A program made the translations under genes and the position numbers. Shown in pieces: positions 39,830-45,494 of a stretch of 61,990 nucleotides of DNA (position 1 is its first letter; each line of letters starts with the position of its first letter). This DNA is from a virus (taxonomy: Duplodnaviria > Caudoviricetes). The stretch covers positions 1 to 61,990 of IMG/VR virus record IMGVR_UViG_3300042868_003570; one strand, written 5' to 3'. The notes under the pieces are model-generated. The model had not been told where the DNA came from and did not search any database. It saw only the letters and a list, made by a program, of their open reading frames with translations.

Positions 39830-40054
39830 TTACTCGGTAACTGTCCAGCCCATCGCCTTGATGACGCGGGCCAGCGATGGGTCTGGCACGATGCCCTGCG
39901 CAAGCAAGACACGGCGCTCTGACTTGTAGACTCGCAGTATGGTCATCGAGCGCGGCACTACCCACACCCCACCATCCTTCATGTTCTCGAACAGGTTGCG
40001 CGTCCACTCGACGGCGCGGTTCATGCCACCCACGGTGTTGAGGTCGTAGTTCAT
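39830..40054 (-). CDS. Hypothetical protein
   Basis: GAGGAG RBS, overlapping start/stop. Confidence 0.65.
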   Translation of the reverse strand: MNYDLNTVGGMNRAVEWTRNLFENMKDGGVWVVPRSMTILRVYKSERRVLLAQGIVPDPSLARVIKAMGWTVTE

Positions 40055-40392
40055 GTCAGCTCCTCTGGTACATCAACGGTGTCGCCCAGCTTGCTGGCAA
40101 CGTAGCAGCGCATGGCTGCGATGAGGGGCGTTGGGCCATCATGCGGGATGTGTTGATTTCTGTACATGGCTTCCCACAAGGCAGGGCTTTGCGGTACAAG
40201 CTCAATCATCTCCCGCTCAATGATCGGGCCAGCTTGATCCCATTTCATGGTCGGTATGAAGTACTCGGCCTCACCTGTTGACAGGGTTATCAGCAGTAGC
40301 CCCCCGTCATCCTTGTAGCCGTAGGCTAAAAGCCCCTCACACTTCGCCACTACCCAATCAAGAGTAATGTCCGTTAGTTCACTCGTTTTCAT
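40051..40392 (-). CDS. DUF2591/NinX-like protein
   Basis: LDWVVAK...WDQAGPIIERE...GPTPLIAAMRCYVASKLG. Confidence 0.8.
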   Translation of the reverse strand: MKTSELTDITLDWVVAKCEGLLAYGYKDDGGLLLITLSTGEAEYFIPTMKWDQAGPIIEREMIELVPQSPALWEAMYRNQHIPHDGPTPLIAAMRCYVASKLGDTVDVPEELT

Positions 40393-40553
40393 CTGCCATC
40401 TCCTTCTTTACGGTTGAGAAAATACTCGTCGGCCTTGCGGTCTTGCTCTTGGTCGTAGGCGTCCGATGCCCAGTCCATAACCTGCTGCTCGGCCTCGTCC
40501 CATGTGTAGCCCTGCTCCATGAGCCGGTTGCGTAGCTGCTGTGGGTTATTCAT
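40389..40553 (-). CDS. Hypothetical protein
   Basis: GAGG RBS before ATG 40553. Confidence 0.6.
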   Translation of the reverse strand: MNNPQQLRNRLMEQGYTWDEAEQQVMDWASDAYDQEQDRKADEYFLNRKEGDGR

Positions 40554-40722
40554 GTGCGTACCTCTCGAACAGATGCCCGAAGGCGTTGACCAACAGCACT
40601 TGGTTGGTGCTGTCTGCACGGAAGAATGCCAGTGCTATCGCAGAGGCAAAGCCTCCGCCTTCGCGCTCCATCCTGCGTGCTGCTATCAACAGCTCGTCTT
40701 CACTCATATCGTTTGCTTTCAT
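40546..40722 (-). CDS. Small protein (58 aa, ...GGGFASAIALAFFRADSTN...)
   Basis: AAGGAGAAACCAAATG start; below the ORF track size cut-off. Confidence 0.7.
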   Translation of the reverse strand: MKANDMSEDELLIAARRMEREGGGFASAIALAFFRADSTNQVLLVNAFGHLFERYAHE

Positions 40723-41006
40723 TTGGTTTCTCCTTTGGTTGACTTACGTTTGGGTGCGACCTCGTCCAGCACGAAGCTGCCCTCGACCTGCGGTTGGTAG
40801 AAGCTGATTTCGTAGCTTGCGGACTTGTCACCCGGCACATACCACACCCAATAGAGCATGGGCTTTTTGTTGTAGCGCAGCTTGTCCATCGTCTGCATCA
40901 GGGCGTGTAAGTCCGTGCCTGAGCGCCACTCGAACACGTTGACGAGCAGGTAGTGGAACTCGGGCTGGGTGTGCTTCATTAAGCGTTCTGTCATGTCGAT
41001 CTTCAT
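40719..41006 (-). CDS. Hypothetical protein
   Basis: AAGGAG RBS before ATG 41006. Confidence 0.65.
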   Translation of the reverse strand: MKIDMTERLMKHTQPEFHYLLVNVFEWRSGTDLHALMQTMDKLRYNKKPMLYWVWYVPGDKSASYEISFYQPQVEGSFVLDEVAPKRKSTKGETK

Positions 41007-41299
41007 TTGTGTAGCTCCTTTGGTTGAAGTGCGCAGTACCAGCGATTGACGCCGATGCGTCGAGACACGACTTTCAGGCGTGGGGTTTGTTTTTGGTTGT
41101 GCACGTATGCCACCAGACACTTAACCAGCACAGACTCTGCGCCACCGCTGGGCGTTTTGCGTAGCTGGTCACTCTCGATAACCACAAAACCCTGCGCTTT
41201 TATCGTCTCGCAGAGTGCGGCCCAGTCGTACACAACCTTGGTCGGCACCGTGGTAGGTTCCGCAGTCCATCCGTTATGGTGTATGTCTTCAACCTTCAT
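41003..41299 (-). CDS. Hypothetical protein
   Basis: AAGGAGAAAGCAAATG start. Confidence 0.7.
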   Translation of the reverse strand: MKVEDIHHNGWTAEPTTVPTKVVYDWAALCETIKAQGFVVIESDQLRKTPSGGAESVLVKCLVAYVHNQKQTPRLKVVSRRIGVNRWYCALQPKELHK

Positions 41300-41315
41300 T
41301 TGCTTTCTCCTTTGG

Positions 41316-41633
41316 TTATGCTGCTACTAAGCGCAGGGGTTGGGGGTTACTTCGGATAGCTGCGGCTGCAATCGTTCTTCGTGCGTTGTCGCACTTGACC
41401 TCGTGGTTATCAAAGTCGGTCTGGTAGTCCGCTATATCCCGGTTAAAGGCCAGTGAGTGCGCGGCCAGCGCCTCTTTGAACTCAACTTCAGCCTTTTCTA
41501 CGTCATCGGGGTGTTGGTCAAGGTCACAAACCATGCAGGTCTTGTACCAATCCAGCCCCGCAACACGCTCCAGCGACTTCTCAAAAGGCGTCAATGTGGC
41601 TTTGAATTCTTTCCATGCGATTTCGGTGTCCAT
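41316..41633 (-). CDS. Hypothetical protein
   Basis: AAGGAG RBS before ATG 41633. Confidence 0.65.
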   Translation of the reverse strand: MDTEIAWKEFKATLTPFEKSLERVAGLDWYKTCMVCDLDQHPDDVEKAEVEFKEALAAHSLAFNRDIADYQTDFDNHEVKCDNARRTIAAAAIRSNPQPLRLVAA

Positions 41634-41635
41634 TT

Positions 41636-41857
41636 TCACTCTCCTTTGATGTTGTGTATCTGACCGACGGTCGAGACAAGCTCTCGGTTCACCTTGGCTA
41701 AGTTGTGGTGGATAACTTCTAGCTGGTGCTGCACCAAGGTATTGCCCGCCTCGTGCGCGGCCTCGCCGATGCGCATGATGGCTGCGTTGAGCGTATCGAG
41801 TGCTACCCACGCTTGGGCCACCCTTGCGATGGCGTGCTGCTTTTCTTCGTTCGTCAT
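41636..41857 (-). CDS. Hypothetical helical protein
   Basis: AAGGA RBS. Confidence 0.65.
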   Translation of the reverse strand: MTNEEKQHAIARVAQAWVALDTLNAAIMRIGEAAHEAGNTLVQHQLEVIHHNLAKVNRELVSTVGQIHNIKGE

Positions 41858-41860
41858 TTT

Positions 41861-42124
41861 TTATCCTTCCAGCTTTTCTTCGTTGATGAACATCTGGCCA
41901 AACTGCTCCCACAGGGGGATGTACCCGCTGTCTTCGACGGGCTCATCTTCAGCAAGCTCAAACATTTCACGGTACTCACGCTCACATTCTTTGGTGTGCT
42001 CATCGACTACAGCCTGCGCTGCTTCGCGGGTGCGGTATGCCCCATAGAAAGATGCGCTGGCTTGGTAGTACGGGTCGTCGCAGATGTAGAGTTTGGTGAC
42101 GATGTAAACGATGGTTGACTTCAT
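41861..42124 (-). CDS. Acidic hypothetical protein
   Basis: AAGGAGAAAGCAAATG start; YGAYRTREAA motif. Confidence 0.7.
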   Translation of the reverse strand: MKSTIVYIVTKLYICDDPYYQASASFYGAYRTREAAQAVVDEHTKECEREYREMFELAEDEPVEDSGYIPLWEQFGQMFINEEKLEG

Positions 42125-42190
42125 TTGCTTTCTCCTTTTTACAAGTGCCGCACATTTGTCATGGCTGTGCGGCATGGCCATATTTGAAAA

Positions 42191-42229
42191 CTGGGGTGAA
42201 CTTTCACCCCAGAGAGATATCTCTCTGGG
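42191..42229. repeat. Two fused palindromes: CTGGGGTGAACTTTCACCCCAG and CCCAGAGAGATATCTCTCTGGG
   Basis: Directly visible; both have additional copies in 43557-44440. Confidence 0.85.
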
Positions 42230-42244
42230 CGTGTTTGACACTGG

Positions 42245-42892
42245 TCATGTCAGCTCTGCCCAGTGGTTGGGTATGTGTGCGTTAGTTGGCAGCGCCCTGA
42301 GTGCGTCCCGCGCTGCTTTGAGCTTGTGCACCTTGTCCGTGTCGTCCGAGGAAACGGCAGAGTCAAGCTCACTGTTGATGTGCCTGAGCAGTCGCCCTCG
42401 TCTGCGGTTGTGGATAACGGCTGGCACCGTGCGGGTGAACGGCTCTTTGAACTTGGCCTTGGCGCGTATGGGGACGAGGCTGGCCTCCACAATGAACGCG
42501 TCTTTGATGCGCTCGGGCACGTAGTCCGTCCAGTGACTGTGCGCTGGCAGTGTGTCCCTGGCATCGCGCATGGATGCGAGCTTGGTGTACGCCTTGTTCA
42601 GCAGGTCGTAGTAATCTTGAACGAACACCTCGCGTTCTGGCGCTGGTGTGCTCGGCTTGTACTTGACCATCGAGCGCACTATGCGCCTCTCGTGCTGCAA
42701 CGGGGCGATCAGCTCGTCCCATGCCTGCCTGTGTGCGGTGCGTTGGCGCTTGGCTGTGCTGATGGCACGGCGTTGCTCCTTGATCGCCTCGATGGTGCGG
42801 TCGATGATTACTTCGGGCATCTCCTCACGGCGCAAGACCCAAATGATCTCGCGGTACGTTTTGTTGGCGAAGCGGCGGTGTGGATCACGCAT
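42245..42892 (-). CDS. Basic hypothetical protein next to the origin-like repeat
   Basis: GGAGGA RBS; 215 aa, Arg-rich. Confidence 0.75.
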   Translation of the reverse strand: MRDPHRRFANKTYREIIWVLRREEMPEVIIDRTIEAIKEQRRAISTAKRQRTAHRQAWDELIAPLQHERRIVRSMVKYKPSTPAPEREVFVQDYYDLLNKAYTKLASMRDARDTLPAHSHWTDYVPERIKDAFIVEASLVPIRAKAKFKEPFTRTVPAVIHNRRRGRLLRHINSELDSAVSSDDTDKVHKLKAARDALRALPTNAHIPNHWAELT

Positions 42893-42933
42893 GATTCCTC
42901 CGGTGTGGTTGCAAGTTCTGCCATTTTACCATA

Positions 42934-43205
42934 GATTACTACGCGAGTACCGCGTTTGAGTGTGCGTAAGTCGTTGATGTGTAAGGTGATTTGCGGGTTG
43001 TGTCCCCTCTATCAGTATTTTTTCCAGCTTCCGTGCGCCAGAGATTCTCAAAGAGATTACAGAAAGATGGAAAAAGATGGAGAGAAAATTTCTTTCTTCT
43101 TTCTTTAAAAGTTTATTTATATATAGATAGAGGGGACACAACATGGACAACGCCATATGAATCAACGACTTACGCAACCTTGAACGCGGTACGGTCGTAG
43201 TAATC
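42934..43205. repeat. 80-bp imperfect inverted repeat around a 112-bp AT-rich spacer; putative replication origin
   Basis: Arms 42934-43013 and 43126-43205 are collinear with four identical boxes of 10, 10, 16 and 17 bp. Confidence 0.8.
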
Positions 43206-43230
43206 ACTGGCGAGCTCGAAGGCGTAGTAA

Positions 43231-43404
43231 TCATGGAGATTCCTCCGCACTAAAGTGATTTCGCCACAGTGGGAGGTTGCGCCAGTCGAGGCGGGCTTGT
43301 CGGGCCTCGTCGATACGCCGCTGCTCTTGTGGGGGCAGCTTGGCGTACAGCTCAGAGCGCAGCTTGTGGAGCTGCGCTAGGTGATACCGTTTAACGGCGG
43401 TCAT
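43231..43404 (-). CDS. Early hypothetical protein
   Basis: ATG 43404 overlapping the upstream gene end. Confidence 0.5.
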   Translation of the reverse strand: MTAVKRYHLAQLHKLRSELYAKLPPQEQRRIDEARQARLDWRNLPLWRNHFSAEESP

Positions 43405-43609
43405 GTGTCCCACGCAGAGCAGCCATCGCCTGCTGGCCCACGAACCAGCCCTCAAGGGCGTTGACGGATGCCAGCACGGTCTCCTCGCCAGTGCTGGCGA
43501 CAACGCGCCAGATGCAGAACTCGGGCCGCGTCTCGCCAAGGGGCAGCTCCTCGTAAAGAGAGAATTCTCTCTGGCCGATTTGAACAGTGCCGGTGTGCTT
43601 AGTTGTCAT
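43391..43609 (-). CDS. Early hypothetical protein
   Basis: GAGGAGAAACTTCCATG start. Confidence 0.65.
   Translation of the reverse strand: MTTKHTGTVQIGQREFSLYEELPLGETRPEFCIWRVVASTGEETVLASVNALEGWFVGQQAMAALRGTHDRR
43557..43572. repeat. Palindrome AGAGAGAATTCTCTCT
   Basis: Perfect 16-bp palindrome, intragenic copy. Confidence 0.85.
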
Positions 43610-43626
43610 GGAAGTTTCTCCTCTGA

Positions 43627-43652
43627 AACTGGGGTGAAAGTTAACCCCAGTT
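43627..43652. repeat. Palindrome AACTGGGGTGAAAGTTAACCCCAGTT
   Basis: 21/22 match to the reverse complement of 42191-42212. Confidence 0.8.
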
Positions 43653-43708
43653 GGTTCGGGCAAGATCGCCCCCACAACCCACGCTACGCATGGGCTGGGA
43701 GAGTTGAC

Positions 43709-43888
43709 TTACTGCCAGACGACAGTGCCTACGCCAGAAGCGCCGAAGTGCTCGACGGTGTGGTTCTTGCCAAGGCCGTTGGCTAGCTCGATGGCGAGCG
43801 TTCGGGCACGTTGCCAATCTCTGCCCTCGCGCTCGTAGGGGAAGACGCGGATTTTGATTGCTTTATGGAAGACTGCGTAGCAAAACAT
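43709..43888 (-). CDS. Early hypothetical protein
   Basis: AGGA RBS before ATG 43888. Confidence 0.6.
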   Translation of the reverse strand: MFCYAVFHKAIKIRVFPYEREGRDWQRARTLAIELANGLGKNHTVEHFGASGVGTVVWQ

Positions 43889-43962
43889 GTTGATTGTTCC
43901 TGTTGGTGGAAAACTGTTAGACATGGGATGCAACAGCGGGCCGGACAGACCCGCTGTGATCG

Positions 43963-43978
43963 AGAGAGATTTCTCTCT
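43963..43978. repeat. Near-palindrome AGAGAGATTTCTCTCT
   Basis: 15/16 match to the consensus, intergenic. Confidence 0.8.
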
Positions 43979-43981
43979 GAG

Positions 43982-44404
43982 TTACTTGGCAACAGCTTCG
44001 AGAGCAGCGATGGCAGCGGCCAAGCTGTCGAACTGCTCAAGGTAAGCCTTGGCTGCTGCCCTGTGCTGCTTGCTGATGCGAGCGTGGGCCTTGGGCTGAG
44101 CCACCACCGCTTTCACAGGGCGCACCACGCAGTACCTGAAGTCACTGCTGGCCCTGTCAATCGCCTGTACGTGCTCAATCTTTGCGCCATCGCCTTTGCC
44201 CCTAGAGAGAATTCTCTCTGGGACACCCTTGATGGCCTTGCACTCTACCTGCCCTTCAAGATAACCCAGCATCCACCTACGGCGAAGGTCTGACTGCTGC
44301 TCGGCAGTAGCGCCGACATAAGCCACATGAAAGGCATCGGCGCCGTTGCGCATCTCATGCCGTGTGCGGCCCACACGGGCTGCATATTGTTGAATCGAGA
44401 TCAT
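43982..44404 (-). CDS. First gene of the early arm, hypothetical
   Basis: AGGAGCAACTTCCATG start. Confidence 0.7.
   Translation of the reverse strand: MISIQQYAARVGRTRHEMRNGADAFHVAYVGATAEQQSDLRRRWMLGYLEGQVECKAIKGVPERILSRGKGDGAKIEHVQAIDRASSDFRYCVVRPVKAVVAQPKAHARISKQHRAAAKAYLEQFDSLAAAIAALEAVAK
44204..44219. repeat. Palindrome AGAGAGAATTCTCTCT
   Basis: Perfect, intragenic. Confidence 0.85.
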
Positions 44405-44424
44405 GGAAGTTGCTCCTACGAACG

Positions 44425-44440
44425 AGAGAGAATTCTCTCT
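44425..44440. repeat. Palindrome AGAGAGAATTCTCTCT
   Basis: Perfect, just upstream of the RBS of the first early gene. Confidence 0.85.
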
Positions 44441-44719
44441 GGGTTGATGACCACTACACGTATGTGCAGTGGGTTGATCGGGCTGCTGTTGCTGCTCCGA
44501 TATCTCTATTTGACTTATGGGGGGTTTGGGGAAGGTCATGGCAGACCCCCTTCTTCGACCCCCACCGTACCCCCACCCACCATATATAGGCATGACGGGA
44601 CGCTGCCACACGAACACTGTTTCACACCTACCCCCACAACTTCCGTAACACTTAGCTACTACTTCCCTAATACCTTTTACATACCCCCCTAAATTTTTAT
44701 AAAAATTACAGACAATCTG

Positions 44720-44735
44720 TGTCTAACGCTAGACA
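44720..44735. promoter_or_regulatory. Operator-like site TGTCTAACGCTAGACA (copy 3)
   Basis: 14/16 match to the reverse complement of copies 1 and 2. Confidence 0.6.
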
Positions 44736-44744
44736 ACATCAGGC

Positions 44745-44776
44745 AAAAAAATGCCCCCGGTTGCAACCGGGGGCAT
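44745..44776 (-). terminator. Intrinsic terminator of the sRNA
   Basis: ATGCCCCCGG-TTGCAA-CCGGGGGCAT running into a T7 tract on the minus strand. Confidence 0.85.
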
Positions 44777-44828
44777 AAAGGAAACTTCCATTCCCAAGGA
44801 GAAAGCAAATGTCTTGCGACAACTGCTG
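44745..44828 (-). ncRNA. Candidate anti-Shine-Dalgarno small RNA (about 85 nt)
   Basis: Promoter TTGCTT-N17-TACACT, GUC-GCAA-GAC hairpin, CAUUUGCUUUCUCCUU seed complementary to early RBSs, intrinsic terminator. Confidence 0.7.
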
Positions 44829-44843
44829 CACTAAGTGTATAGT
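44814..44843 (+). promoter_or_regulatory. Putative late promoter TTGCGA-N18-TATAGT
   Basis: Upstream of terS; overlaps the -10 of the divergent sRNA promoter. Confidence 0.55.
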
Positions 44844-44862
44844 CCGCAGCATCGGTAAGCAA
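44834..44862 (-). promoter_or_regulatory. Sigma70-like promoter TTGCTT-N17-TACACT
   Basis: -35 at 44862-44857, -10 at 44839-44834. Confidence 0.7.
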
Positions 44863-44885
44863 GGGCTTCGCGCCTAAACCCGCAC

Positions 44886-45494
44886 ATGCTTGAACACTTG
44901 TTGGATTTTGAACCAGACGTTCTCACAGAGGATGGGCAAGCACGCGCTGTCGAAAAGCACAGCGCCGCGCAAGTGATAGACGCGCAGGTCTCGACCGCAG
45001 ACTTTCTTGCGTCTTTAGGATGCCCCGACACCAACGCCGCTGTCTCAGCGCTGGAGCAGCAGGCCGCACGCACCGCCTTTAACGCGGTCGTCACGCACGA
45101 GGACAGCACCCACCACAAACTCGCCCAGATACAAACGCCTGCAGCCGTGCGCCATCTTGTAGGGATGCTGACCGCCTATGACTGGGAGTTTGTGCAGCAA
45201 GCCAAGGAGCTGCGCGGCTATACGGTGGCCAAGTTGGTGGAGGAATCTCAGAACCCCAACGCCAATATAAGGCTCAAAGCGCTGGGCCTGCTGGGCAAGG
45301 TCACAGAGGTGGGGCTCTTTACTGACAAGATCGAGGTCAAAAAGACAGACCTCACGGAAGACGAGATCGACAAAAAGCTTAAAGAAAAGCTGGCCAAGTT
45401 CATGGGCGTGACGGATGTTGCGCACGAAGACATTGAAGATGTGATCCCTCTTGGGGAAAACCCTAATGACGAACAGCCCGACACTGACGCCTGA
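44886..45494 (+). CDS. terS: Terminase small subunit (probable)
   Basis: Directly upstream of TerL; RLKALGLLGK...GLF motif. Confidence 0.7.
   Translation: MLEHLLDFEPDVLTEDGQARAVEKHSAAQVIDAQVSTADFLASLGCPDTNAAVSALEQQAARTAFNAVVTHEDSTHHKLAQIQTPAAVRHLVGMLTAYDWEFVQQAKELRGYTVAKLVEESQNPNANIRLKALGLLGKVTEVGLFTDKIEVKKTDLTEDEIDKKLKEKLAKFMGVTDVAHEDIEDVIPLGENPNDEQPDTDA

Noticed and set aside
42926-43234. 102-aa minus-strand ORF
   Set aside because: Runs through the inverted-repeat and AT-rich element with atypical composition. It has a plausible RBS, so translation is not excluded.
42191-44440. CRISPR-like mini-array formed by the repeated palindromes
   Set aside because: Repeats are 16 bp, irregularly spaced by hundreds of bp and partly intragenic; no cas operon
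44809-44877. 22-aa Cys-rich micro-ORF (MSCDNCCTKC...) with a perfect RBS on the plus strand
   Set aside because: No upstream plus-strand promoter seen and it overlaps the predicted late promoter. The perfect RBS is better explained as the complement of the sRNA seed. Not fully excluded.
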